A stretch of DNA of 63,813 nucleotides, filler included, from Choristocarpus tenellus KU-1152 (taxonomy: Eukaryota; Protista; Phaeophyceae): NCBI GenBank assembly GCA_964200185.2. It is 10 parts of 10 records of this genome, joined end to end, with 100 filler letters (N's around TTAATTAATTAA, not from the genome) between each part and the next. Parts side by side here need not be neighbours in the genome. Positions count along the whole stretch, not along the records: positions 12,897 to 17,632 come from CAXNAD020013274.1; positions 17,733 to 20,296 come from CAXNAD020026733.1; positions 20,397 to 24,775 come from CAXNAD020014825.1; positions 24,876 to 32,164 come from CAXNAD020006399.1; 6 more parts are not named here. One strand, given 5' to 3'. Positions 12,917-25,143 of the stretch are shown in pieces (position 1 is the stretch's first letter; every line of letters starts with the position of its first letter). Position numbers and translations under genes: made by a program. The notes under the pieces were generated by a model. The model saw only the letters and a program-made list of their open reading frames with translations, had not been told where the DNA came from and searched no databases.

Positions 12917-15900
12917 TTCTGAAGACCCGGCTGAGGAGTCATTGGCGTTGGGGTCGATCCCGAGCTCGTCTTTCCTCTTGAGGTCGTTCATGACCTGCAC
13001 AGCGACGTCCTGGACAGCCTTTTTGATGAGGACATTCTTGGTGTGCATCCTCCGCAAGAATGCCCTTTTGATTTTCTACGGTTGCGACGCCCATTTTTCC
13101 TCGGCCTGGGCAGCAGACGCAGGGTCTGGATCGCCGTCCCCTGGTCTGTTCTTCTTCCCCTTTCCTCGCGTCCTCTTCTTCATTCCTTGGTCGGGGTCGG
13201 CCGGGGGTCGTTTGTTCCGGATGCCCCTTAGAGTGGTCGAGAACTGTCATGGAGGAGCGCATGGATAGTGGAATGGTAAACCTCACATGTATGACATGGG
13301 TGTCTGCCTTGCGAAGCACGAACTTGACGGTAAATATTGTGGCTGTTGCAGGCTCAGCAGGGGGGTATATGCATATACATATATACGTTGGGTGAATAGT
13401 CACAGTCAAAGCTTGACTTACCCATTCCTCTGGAAATGTCTCCATCCCGACAACATACGTCAATGAGAACGCGTCAGTAGATAGTTTTTTCATCGCCTGC
13501 TCTGAGAACACATACGCAGCCACTTTGCCTATGTCATGCCAGCAATGGCCTTGGGAGGTCTCCCCTCTGAGGATGGATAGTCTGACTCCAGCGAGGACAT
13601 CAGTGCACACTCTTGCGAAGTACTGCTCCTTGACCTCGGATGTGAGCTACATGTACAGGTGTGCCATCGTGTTCCGTTAGGAACCTGGGCAAGAATGTGC
13701 TTTGAGGATATGAAGGATTTAGGGTTAACAATGTATCGATCTGAGAAGGGTTTGCAGGGAATGCGTGTCATGCAGCAGAACCCCATGGTCTTAGGGTTCG
13801 ATATGTGGAGACATGTTGGGAATGTTTATCCCACCTGCAACCTGTAGGTGTGTGTGAGCCCCCCGCAGTTCTTGAGGGATTCGATGGTGGCGTCCGGGTT
13901 AGTGTACCACAGCACAGTGAACATGTGAGCCGCCCTAAAGTCGAATTTGTCCTAGTCGGGTGCGCGTTAGGTGTGAGGAGGATAAGGTCACGTGATGAGG
14001 ATAGAAGAACGTGGGAATGCGAGCGTGTCTGTTGGTTAAAGACGTATGTTATATCGCCGATGGCGAAACACATGTATGAAACCTCAATTCAAGTTCAGTC
14101 TGCGAAGCCAGGGGTTAGTACGATGTTGTTGGACCATTAGTGATGGAGTATTGGACGTCGAAATGTCGAGATGGCTGCACCGCGCTTACACTGAAGCCGT
14201 TGCGCTTCTTGTGTTCTCTCCACGCACCGAGAAGGATCTCCTCCAGTTCTTTTGTCTCTGGTGGAACATAGTGAGGGGAAGAAAGGGATTGGGTTAGCTG
14301 GTCACTGATGTTGAATTAATATGGATATGGGCGACGAAAAGTAGGTGATGCTTCATAATCGTTTCACAAATCGTTTCCTGGGAAGGAATCCTGATAACCT
14401 CACCTTCTCCCGCCCATATCTGCACAAGGGTGGCGATCGAATTGTAGAGCTGGGCGGAGATTTGGTCGCCGAGTCTACTAATCCCGGCTTCCATGACTGT
14501 GCCCTCCCAAGCTTCCGTGAGGAATGCCTTTATTTTTCGAGCAACTCCCCTTTTTATTGCGGACTGGAATGCAGCATCAGCACTCCGGAAATCTTTGTCT
14601 CCCAAGCAATATTGGTTGCATGGGGTCACCAATGTGGTCATGTGTATGGAACGATTGGAGTCCTCACCCGTATCCTGGACGTAGGGGTGGGGCCTGTCAC
14701 ATCTGAAGTCACGCATACTCCATGATAGCCGCAACCCAACATACCATTCAATGGAATATATCCAGGATGTTGGGCATATGTGACCTGCTGACCGCCACAC
14801 TCTCTCTCTTATTGATATCGATTTTGCCTTCTCGTGAGTGCAGTAGTGTGGATACATCTTCCACATGAACGTCCTATGTTCGCCTATCTGGAGGTTCGCT
14901 CCGACTTCGAAGGCCCATCGCGTTGTGACGTGGGCCGGGGGGTTGAGACGCCACATGGGATATTTTCCTCCTTCTTCGCGCATTCAATGACCCTCAGGAG
15001 CATTATTCGATGTTGTCTATTCAGAATAAACAAGACGTTATTGTCGTCGTCCGGATCCCTAGCGTCGCCATCCTCATCTAGGTCCAGGTTGCTGTTGGCA
15101 ATGTAGTGCGCGAGCAGCTTGCCGTCGGGCACATCAGATGGTACCTTTGCCTTGTTCATGTCGGCCTTGAACTTATTGATGGTTTTCCATCATGAGCACA
15201 AAGAGGAAGGCTGTCCACTCAGGAACCCTGCGAGCTTATCGCCGGCGACGTGTGGGTCCGGTCCCAGCTTTGGCAATATGGACTCTACCCTATATCCTTA
15301 TCACGGAGGTTGGCATTGTACCTCTGGGACAAGAACGTAGATGTAGCCAGGTTGATCGTACGGGTCGCGCTGAGGTTTGACGTGATCAACTCTGTCATCT
15401 TTTCCTCTTAAGGTTTCTTTGGGTCTCCGGCGGACTGCCTGTGAAGGTAGGGGGGGATATTTTATGGCATCTACATCATCAGCAAATGAGAAGGATATCG
15501 ACACAGGAGCGGATACTATGGTTAGGTGCTGACAGCAAGGGTGTTGTTGTTTAAACAATGCTAGAGTATGCGATCAATGATGACGGGATCTGTAGGGAGT
15601 GCGGGGTTCATGTCCATGCGTAGACTAGGCAAAAGTGAGATGATAAGGGCGAAGCGCTGTTGTTGTCATGAGGACGGCGTAGCGCTTTCCGTGGAGACTG
15701 CTATTTGTGAACATGCCGCGAACGGTAAACTCCGCCAATATGGAAGGAATATTGTATACAAGAACGCACCAATACCGTACGCAGGCGAAACAGATTTACG
15801 CGCCGACCCAGGTTAGATGTCGGGAGCGCAACCATGCATAGGTTTGTGTTTGACATAGGGCAGACGGTAATGAAGAAATTTGATGTGTCGTGTTGGATGG

Positions 15901-16651
15901 TAAAGGCGATCAATTTCCAAAGCATGGCAAGACGGTTGGGGGTGGTGTGTACCGATTTGGAACAAGAGCCCTAAACAGGAAAACATAATGTGGAACCGCG
16001 AAAGTGAAAGCATGAATGCACTAGTTTGAAACGAATATGGCAATTTTGGAACGTACTTTGAAGTAGAAATTTGGTATGTTCTGTCGGGTGGCAGAAGCCA
16101 TCAGATTCTAAAGTGAGGTTACCGCGGTTTTTTGGATAAAGCTACGCGTGTGTATTGATACTGCCGCCTGAGTTAAATCGAGATCGCGTTGTGACGCGAT
16201 ACGAACCTTATCGGAAAAGTTCCAATCGTTTCGGAGCCCTAACAAGTGCGTATTGATGGTGTCACCATGTAACATATGACAGACGAATGTTGTGGTGCGT
16301 GGAGTCGGATCGTGGAAACTTAGTTCTATTTCGGATCAGTTGTCTGATTACTCTCAACATATGTCACTGCAACCCATGTTCCAATTTCGGAAAAAAGTTC
16401 GGTTGAATTCGCTGGAATTAATTCTGGCGACAGCCGCTGTGTTGCAACTACATCGACATGTTAGATGTAAGGTGGAATATATCCCTTCGCGGATTGGGTT
16501 GAGTGTTCGAGATTTAGTTAATTAATGTTGGTTAGGGTTGGGGTTAGGATCATGGATGTTGCCTTCAGGGCTTACTTACATTGTAGGCTACTGGGGTGGC
16601 ATAAGACAGTGTATGAACGGTTTCATTCAAACAAATTATAGAGGCCTGAGT

Positions 16652-17420
16652 AGTGATGTTGGTGATACCACTAGTGACAGCTGGTATGTACACGATTCTA
16701 ATGGTGATAAATAATACGGGGGCGTCTCCTTTGAAAATGCTGGTGATACCACTATCGACAGCTTGTGTGTGCACGGTTCTAACAACGGTGATAAATGCAG
16801 TGGAATAGAATTTGAAAATGTTGGTGATACCACTAGAGACAGCTAGTGTGTTCAGAGTCAAAAGTATCTTAAAGGGTAGGGCCGCATCCATTTGAGATCA
16901 AAATCCAATTGTTGTGATTTTGATGTAATTTTGGCTATCATGTTTGTTAGGAAGTGTCAATATCCTTGTTCCGGATGCACCTTTTTATAACATATAACGT
17001 TTCTACTCCAAAACGTTTTCGGAGTAGGAAAACGTCATAAAAGAACCCGTGGCAAGCCAAATCCCAAATGGACAAACAGGGCAAAACTCGTACGCTCTAA
17101 GATGCTTTCACTCTTCACGACTCTAACGGTAAGAAATACAGGGCATCGAATTTGAAAATGTGGGTGATACCACGGTTGACAGCTGGTGTGTACACGGTTC
17201 TAATGGTGATAAATACAGGGCATTCAATTTGAAAATGTTGGTGATACCACCGCTGACAGCTGGTGTGTACACGGTTCTAATGGTGATAAATACGGGGGCA
17301 TCTCCTTCGAAAATGTTGGCGATACCACGGCTGACAGCTGGTGTGTACACGGTTCTAATTGTGACAAATACAGGGCATCTCATTTGAAAATGTTGGTGAT
17401 ACCACTATTGACAGCTGCTT
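16652..17420. repeat. Minisatellite of ~7 units of 77-81 bp, interrupted by a MITE
   Basis: Unit gaaaatgttggtgataccacNNNNgacagctggtgtgtacacggttctaatggtgataaatac... starts at ~16655, 16733, 16814, 17154, 17231, 17309 and 17386. Confidence 0.9.
16855..17113. mobile_element. MITE family A, full copy inserted in the minisatellite
   Basis: TIRs gagtcaaaagtatcttaaagggta / ctctaagatgctttcactc. Flanks ttca...ttca (3-4 bp duplication); removing the insert restores the repeat unit length. Confidence 0.88.
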
Positions 17421-17732
17421 GGTACGAGCTCCGAATGCAAATGAACTCATGAACATGTGTAGAGACGTGTGGTTGTGTTGACGACGGAGAAAATTGCAAT
17501 GAGGGATGGATACGTTGGAAACTCTTCAACACCGCACATGTCGCCAATCTCGGCCTAACGTGTGCATTTACTTCCTGTACCGCGTTTGATTCCGATACTT
17601 AGCCGGGCGATTGCATCGGATAGATCATGAAGNNNNNNNNNNNNNNNNNNNNNNNNNNNNNNNNNNNNNNNNNNNNTTAATTAATTAANNNNNNNNNNNN
17701 NNNNNNNNNNNNNNNNNNNNNNNNNNNNNNNN

Positions 17733-17950
17733 GGGTCAAAATCCAATGTTCCGATTTTGATGTAATTTTGACTATCGTGTTTGTTAGGAAGTGTCAATAT
17801 TCTTGTTCCGAACATACCTTTTCATAACGTATACATTTTACCTACTCCGAAACATATCGGAGTAGAAAAACGTCATAAAACACCTGTGGGAAGCCAAGTC
17901 CCAAATGGACAAACAGGGAAAAACTCGTACCCTCTAAGATACTTTCACTC
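17733..17950. mobile_element. MITE family A, truncated by contig start
   Basis: Collinear with 16895-17113; ends taccctctaagatactttcactc. Confidence 0.85.
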
Positions 17951-17959
17951 AACCAATCG

Positions 17960-19920
17960 TTTCCTTCTACTCTAGACAATGATCTTCGTCAATCTCCACC
18001 TCGTTTCTGCCTCCAACACGTGTCACTGTCGTAACCTACTGACTGGCGTCCTCGACATAGACTTCTTTAAAACTATTTCGCCCCGCAAGCCGCATCCACT
18101 AAACACGTTCACCACATAAACCGATAGGTTTGCTCCGTTGTTCGGTTGACATGCTATTGTAACTCGATTACACTCTCCCATTTTTAACGTTACCATCGTC
18201 CCCTCCTCTCCTCAACAATGTCCTCCGCCGTGCCCAACACCAGATTATCGAGAAGGACTCAACTCTACGCGCTTACCTCTCCACCTGGGATGAGAAATAC
18301 CAGGATGTCCTCAACCAGATCAACCTCCATCAGGTTCACAGCGGGCCGGCCGATCGTGGCGGCGGCGCAGACGTCGAGAGCAAGAACAGATCGGCATCAG
18401 ATGGCCGTGAGAAAGAAGACGAGGGAGGGTGCGAACATAGAGGAGAAGATGGAAACGAGGGAGGGGACGAACACGAAGGAGGGGACGAAGACGAGGGAGG
18501 GGACGGACTGCCACACAGGGAGGATACGGGCGAAGGGGGTTCTGTCGGCAGCGTTCCTGATGTGGAAGAAGAACAAAACGGCTATGGAGGGTGGAACGCG
18601 GGCGTTTGCTGTACTGGATGCAATCCTCCGCCTACGTCTTGGTGAGTAATGTAGTTGTAACGGTGCACACGGGGATGGCGGGTAATTAATGGCGTAAGAT
18701 TGGTTTCCATCCAATCCCCCGAACGGCTAACTAGGTTGTCTCTTTTCATTGGTGCATGCCATTAAGCTGGTGGAACTTGCGGGGTCCCTCTGTGTGTGGC
18801 GCTGCAGACGCTACCCACACGTCTCTTTATTTTCCACTGTCCGATTGTGTGTTAATGCATGTATATTACCGACTGTTGTATCTCACCTGTACTACTTCGT
18901 ACTATTTTGCGCCACCAATTTCGTGGTACTTTGTAAACGTGCATCCCCACGTTGCGTTGTTGTGCCAAATTAATGATTTCGGAAAATGCTAACCTGCCTC
19001 TTTAACGCTCTCCTTCGATGACACGCGCGACAGGTATTCATGCCCAAAGTGCTCCATAACGCATATGGGCGAATGTGCCTACGCGGAGACTGTAGGCGAC
19101 GAGAGGCACAAGGATCGATTATGTATCTATTGCCCCATGGCACAGGAGGGCAGCGAAGGGTCTGGATCAGTGGGGAACGAAGCGGCGGGTCGGGGCAGGG
19201 GCAAGGGTAAGGATAAACGTAAGGCAAGGAGCACGGGCGGGTCACCCACCAGACAAAGCCTTTTACGTCCCCCCTCACCCAGCAAAACAGCGGACATGGA
19301 GGAGTGCATGTGGGTCTCGGTGTGGTTGCACATTATACGGACATACAAGTCGTCTCTGCATGTTCGGTTTCGCATTGCTTTGCACGTGGGTCTTAGCTGC
19401 TTGTACATCAAGTGGATTGCTTGTCCTTCGTGCATTGGATGTGTCGTTTTTTGGAGGTTTCCATGGACCATGGAACTTAGTGTTTTTACGTCTACCCTCC
19501 TTGTACGAGATGTATCTCATGGGTCTGGCGTTGTGGAGGGTGCGCCTTGACTTTCTGGGGATGCCGTCGAAATATTGTCAGGACCTCACTCAATGATACG
19601 ATTGCCTGCACTGTTGCTTGCGACGCTATCCTTCTTGTTGTACTGTCTGTATACCGTGTCGTGTGTCATGATGTCGAACCAGGACTGAGAACACTGCACT
19701 ACACGACCTTCACCCTCTCGACCCTACGATACCTTAGAAAGCCTGGAAGAGTTCGAGTTCCGTAACGCGCCAAAGCTCGCCATAGTGTCCATTGCCGCCG
19801 AGCCAATACTCCTCAACGACGAAGAGGCGGCCAATGAACACTTGCGCATGGTGATTAAGTGCTTGCAGATGAAGCTACATCCTCAGGACACCATCGCGCT
19901 ATTTGTGCCCCGACTGTGAG
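17960..19920 (+). pseudogene. 3' part of a decayed gene: acidic/Gly tract followed by a PHD-like Zn finger (relic R2)
   Basis: Exon 18244-18641 (IIEKDSTL...CCTGCNPPPTSW) splices to an exon from ~19034 (YSCPKCSITHMGEC...LCIYC), giving C4-H-C3 spacing. A later stop-riddled exon ends in YLCPDC. Confidence 0.55.
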
Positions 19921-21836
19921 TCGTGAACTTACACCGCCTACACAGTGAGTTCGGGAGTTCGCCAGCGCTGAAATACGGGGTATATTGTTCATTCACTACA
20001 CAAACACAAACGTCTTTCCTCCTATTACAGAATTTCCTATAGTTTGCATCTCTTTTTTCCATTTGTTATTTGCCTTGCGTTCCACAAAAATAGGACTATT
20101 ATAATGTTAGTGCTATGAGATTTCATGAACCTCTACCATAACTACTTGTTTGATGACACTGTCAAGTTTGACGTATGCCGGACCCACGCGCTCACTCCCT
20201 CCTTCTCTTCATTCAGGACCTCTTCTCGTGTCAAAGGTGGGCTTGGTTGTGGAGGATAATCCTCTGCTTGTAATATACAACTCGAGGGGGGGGGGCNNNN
20301 NNNNNNNNNNNNNNNNNNNNNNNNNNNNNNNNNNNNNNNNTTAATTAATTAANNNNNNNNNNNNNNNNNNNNNNNNNNNNNNNNNNNNNNNNNNNNTTGC
20401 AGGGAAACGTGCCACTTTGGTGTCAAATCTCACCACTTGGGCGTTCCATACTGCAAACGCAAGGAGTATGTTTTAAGGTAGTGACATGTTATTGCCAATT
20501 ATATGTGTCCGTTGTCCTTCATATTTATTCTTTTGTCTAAAATAGTAGTTACAATTTTGTCATAGACAGTGGAGTGGGAGATATGATGATGCCTTGTGAC
20601 CTCTTTTCGGGACCAACAAAGGCTAGAATCACACCCGACAGTGCCATATAGGCAACAGCTGTAGGATTTTAAGAGTGCTACGATTGGCAACAATTTTAGT
20701 AGAATTCTTTGGGTGTACTCTTTCTACTTTCTTGCAATAATAATGGCCACTGTTTGCGAGATTATCCATTCTCATTTTGTTCCTGAAAACTTGTCACTGC
20801 TCCATGCATACACGTGTACCTCCTTTCACTGCAGTATACTCGATTTTTTTTTCATGTAACAGAAATGAAAATGTTGAGCAGGATATCCATAGTGGGAAAT
20901 AGTAGGCTGTGATAGCCAAGTTTAACACAAAATGATAAGTGTTGACGAGAACGTTCGTCGGAAGTCTTCCAATATCTTTTTCCTTCGAGTTTGAGCGTAT
21001 GTTCAGTGTAAGAACGATACACTCAATATTGGCTGGCCTCCTGGAAAGTAGTACTGCCACCTGTACATAGTTACGAATATATTCATATTCATCCTATTGA
21101 TCGAGACAGATTCAGGAACTGTGGCACCATCACCACAATTTCTACTGCACAAATGCTATACTGCTTCGTATACAACACATTATTACCAATTAACAACTTG
21201 TAACCTATATTTTGTACTATTTATTGATATCACCATAATCTCATGATTGTCTTCCAATTGATGTCGAACATCTGATAATGGGCGAGAAAAGTGATGTGGT
21301 GGAAGCCCTCTGACCAGGGATTTCAAACTAAGTTTTTTTTTTACCCTCTTTTGCGACCCTTTTCACTCAGAAATTCCACATAAGATATATGAACGTGGTA
21401 CTTGAATTAACCAGTGAGAGTATGCACTATAGAATGGTGAAATCTGCAGAACAATTTAATTGTAGCTGACGGTTTGTGTGTCGGAAAATATCCAAATGTA
21501 CCAAGGTTTAGGATTAGAAATAGTAGATATTTTTTTGAATGCTGTACCAAGGTAATTCATAAACGTTGCTGAACAGTTTCAACTCCTTCCTGCTGATGTA
21601 CTGGGAGGCAATTGGTGCATAAAATAGAGGTAGGTCGTGTCTTTGTGTTGATTGTGTTCTATTGTTGTATTGATGAAATGTGCAAGATGGTGACTCAGTA
21701 GTGATTCCGTGATGAATGCAGCGCTGTACAGTCTGGTGATGCTAATGTAGATGCACACGACTGATTAGTCCGTACTTCTACAAATACATTGAATGAAAGC
21801 ATATTCCAACCAGAAAGAAAAATAAACTTCGATACA

Positions 21837-21840
<4 letters not shown>

Positions 21841-21880
<40 letters not shown>
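21841..21880. repeat. (TG)n microsatellite
   Basis: About 20 TG units. Confidence 0.95.
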
Positions 21881-21884
<4 letters not shown>

Positions 21885-22578
21885 ATCTTGTCCCCTTTCC
21901 CTCTTTCCTTTCTTTTCGTGTGGCATGAAAACAACTGTTTTCTTGTATTGGACAAACCTGCTGACTCTGAAACTCTTTTCTTTCGGACTTTCTCCTCCAT
22001 ATGACCTAACAATGTGTGATGATGACACTGCTGATGTCGTCTTCCAAGTATTGTGTGTTAGAAGTGCATTATACTTGAGTTTCTCGTTATCCTTGGTAGA
22101 TGCTCAGAGTTGTTTGTCTTTCCCTGCTTAGTTTTTTTTCTTCGGTAGTAGTTGTATTTTCTTAATCAGTGCATATTGATATTATCTACGTTAGTGTGTG
22201 GAATCTTTATAATTTGTCAGAGGCACCCTACACGCTGAACCATTAACATTTGTACTTTTCATACTACTGACTACTGTTAAAACATAGGCTACCTTCTCCT
22301 TCGTCCATACTTAGAGTACAATATATCAACCAGTGTTGACTGTTGATTCGTCCACTTCTAATGGTCGCTTGGTGCGTAACAACTTAGATCGCACATGTAC
22401 CGCTCCACGCGGTATGTGATCACGACTTACCGTAGTAGTATGAGTAACTATAGTATGCTCGATCCCTAGAATTGGTAGATATTCTTCAACAAACTCAGTA
22501 TACGAAACACATATGAATTGACTCAGAATTAGATTCAGATCTTTGATTTTCCTCATAGAAGAAAAAACACTGGCATCT

Positions 22579-22745
22579 GACTCAAAGTATTGGGGGGGGG
22601 TTCTACATCAGGGTGCCCATTCGAGCCCTGACCAGGAAAGGAGCACTTGCAGTATCCATCCGATGCAACCAAATCACCCAAAAATCGCATCATATAAAAA
22701 TAGACCCCGAATGGACAACCGCCACATACCCCAGATACTTGAGCC
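22579..22745. mobile_element. MITE family B, diverged copy
   Basis: TIRs gactcaaagtattgggg / ccccagatacttgagcc; internal sequence similar to the copies at 23810-24084 and 59733-59962. Confidence 0.75.
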
Positions 22746-23778
22746 ATTTAGTCGTATTTTTCTGCTAGATACCACTCCCACTTAAACTTCGAATTCACTC
22801 TACAATAAGTGTGTCCGATATGTACAACTGGATGAGATGTATTCAGAGTTAATACATCACAACTTTCCTTCATAACGTAGCAACCTTTTGCATAGAGTAT
22901 GCGTCACTTTCTTTAGGGACACCACTGAATAGTGCACCGCATTCTAGTATTCAACCAGCCTCTTTAGAGATCGTGTTACGATATTCATCTCATTGAATTC
23001 ACCAGTGCTTCAGTGCACTAGGTAACTTACCAAGGAATACCCAACATCCCTCCACCAATTAGCCTCTGACTCTGCACAGCATGTCACCAGGTTCATCAGA
23101 CAGAATTCACCGGTGCTTCATTGCACTATGACACCCCCTTCAACACAACCAACCTGCCAGCGTAAAAGAGCACGTTTCATTCAATCCCAGGTTTCAATAC
23201 AGATTGGGAGGCCGAAGTCTCGAGAGGGTGTGGCGGGGGAGCGATTATTGGGGGGGGGGGGGAGAATTAAAATACGCTGGGGTGGAACTTGCGGGGGAAG
23301 ATTCGCTGAAAGGAATTTGGGTTNNNNNNNNNNGTGGGTGTGTGATGCTGTTGGGGGGGGCTGTTGATAATTAAAATAACGTGGTGTTGTACTTTGCAGG
23401 GTCACTTCTCATAGAGTGGCTATGGCTTGGCGATGACTCCTTGTTTGTAGTTTCCTTGCTGTTGTCAGGAACAACGCATGGAGTGCGACAGATTCCCCCC
23501 CAGCTGGTGAGACGAAGTCCTGGAGTTGAGAGACATAGACCATTTTCCACGACCACTGTTGTAAACAGTTGCACATTGGAGAAGAAGAATTTTGGGGGGG
23601 GTCTAGCACAAGGTGTCCATTCTGGCATTGAGGGGGTGTTGCAAAATTTGCCGGTTGGATGTTTTGTTGAGCTGAGGGCTTGCTTTGTATTGAGAAAGTG
23701 AAGAATACGAGACACTTCGGAAAGATATTTTCCCTTAAAACTCAGACTGGTTAGACGGTGAATTATGTGAACGTTAGC

Positions 23779-24706
23779 ATGGCAACCCCACCGTCGACTC
23801 CCCCGCATAGACCCAAAGTATCTGGGGGGGGGGGGGGGGGGGCAACCCGCGGGGGCCCTTTGGGCACAAAAGGAGGGAAGGGGNNNNNNNNNNCCGCAAA
23901 CAAACACAAAAGATAGGGGGGGGGGGGGGGGGGGTCAACACCAGGGTGTCCATTTGGACCATAAGTAGGAAAAGTGCACTTACATTATCCATCCGACGTA
24001 TGCAACCCAACCAAACAAAAATCGCTACATGAACAAATTGGCCCCAAGTGGACAGACGCTACCCCCTCCCAGATACTTTGGGTCATAGGAAGGGTGCCCA
24101 AGTGTCCCTGAATACCAGGGTTGCGCTTGCAGTGCAGCACACCCTAACGATGGTCCCTGGTGAGCATAAACTGCCCCAACACGTTGGACCAGCCGTCGCA
24201 GCGGAGTTTGGAGTGCCCAAGCGTTACATACGAGGGCTCTGGGAGGACGTCGCCGATCAGCTCGCCGGTGGCCACATGCTTGACCTAGGGGTGACTGCAC
24301 GTAGAGGGCGGCCTTCGGAGCTCACACCGACCAAGATGGTCGCAGTACGTACTATGAACTCCGATAATCGGTCATCCACAGTGTGTCAGGTGACAATGAA
24401 GATGGTCGCCAAGGGACTGAATTATAGCACGAGCACCATAAATAGGTGGTTGGATAATATGGGGCCCATGCTGAATCGCCGCTGGATCAAACCCAAGCTT
24501 AAATTGTGGGAAAAGGCATGGAGAATAGAATTTGTTTGCGTTTGAGTAGACCGGAAACGTGGTGTGTACGCCTCCATAACAAACACGGCCCATGTGGCTG
24601 AAACCTGGTTTTACGTGATGGCTGATGGGGAAAGAGTTAGGGCATTTCCAGATGAGGATGATAGTGACCTTCTAGGGTCCCCTACTGTGCAGCACAGGAG
24701 TCATAT
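23779..24706 (+). mobile_element. Tc1/mariner (DD39D plant/oomycete-type) transposase pseudogene, 5' half
   Basis: Removing MITE B plus one ATA gives MATPPSTPPHRKGAQ...GRP...STINRWL...IKPKL..K..RIEF...HVAETWFY (family motif HVDEKWFY, catalytic D changed to A). Premature stop at 24543; second MITE at 24707; then the contig ends. Confidence 0.8.
23810..24084. mobile_element. MITE family B, full copy inserted in the mariner ORF
   Basis: TIRs gacccaaagtatctgggg / cccagatactttgggtc with perfect 3-bp TSD ATA. Confidence 0.9.
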
Positions 24707-24775
24707 GAGTGAAACTATCTTAGAGGGTACGAATTTTTCCCTGTTTGTCCATTTGTGGTGCTTGGCTTGCCATGG
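24707..24775. mobile_element. MITE family A, truncated by contig end
   Basis: gagtgaaactatcttagagggtacgaatttttccctgtttgtccattt matches the start of 25144-25400. Confidence 0.85.
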
Positions 24776-25143
24776 NNNNNNNNNNNNNNNNNNNNNNNNN
24801 NNNNNNNNNNNNNNNNNNNTTAATTAATTAANNNNNNNNNNNNNNNNNNNNNNNNNNNNNNNNNNNNNNNNNNNNAAGCTGCCACTATGGAGTGGAGCAC
24901 GCGGGCATAGAAGGGAGAAGTGGGCAGAATGGTGGATGGCGCTGGTGAGTTATGCGGGCGGCAAGGGACTGTATCGCATCCTCCAACCAGTATACCGCAT
25001 TCCTGCACCTCCCACGGCTGATACATCGTTTGAGGAACGCAGCACGTACGAAGAATACATCAAGCATCGCGAGGCTTTTGTGGTTCCTGCTGGGACAGGC
25101 CACGAGGGGGGCAGCAGTGATGGTGGTCAACACACATGAGAAT

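Larger units (their letters stand above)
12917..17630 (-). pseudogene. Decayed multi-exon gene of unknown family (relic R1), probably TE-borne
   Basis: Long coding-like stretches (e.g. ORF 14294-14983) with scattered in-frame stops and frameshifts, plausible splice sites (FPEEW|gtaagt ... gacag|FSTTLRG) and MITE insertions. Shares blocks with relics at 57-59 kb and 61-64 kb. Confidence 0.6.

Noticed and set aside
16652-17420. CRISPR array
   Set aside because: Whole units are homologous, there are no unique 25-45-nt spacers or cas genes, and the context is eukaryotic.
22334-22490. Possible solo LTR (TGTTGA...TCAACA) with faint copia-like sequence nearby
   Set aside because: No matching TSD, PPT or PBS; the evidence is too weak.
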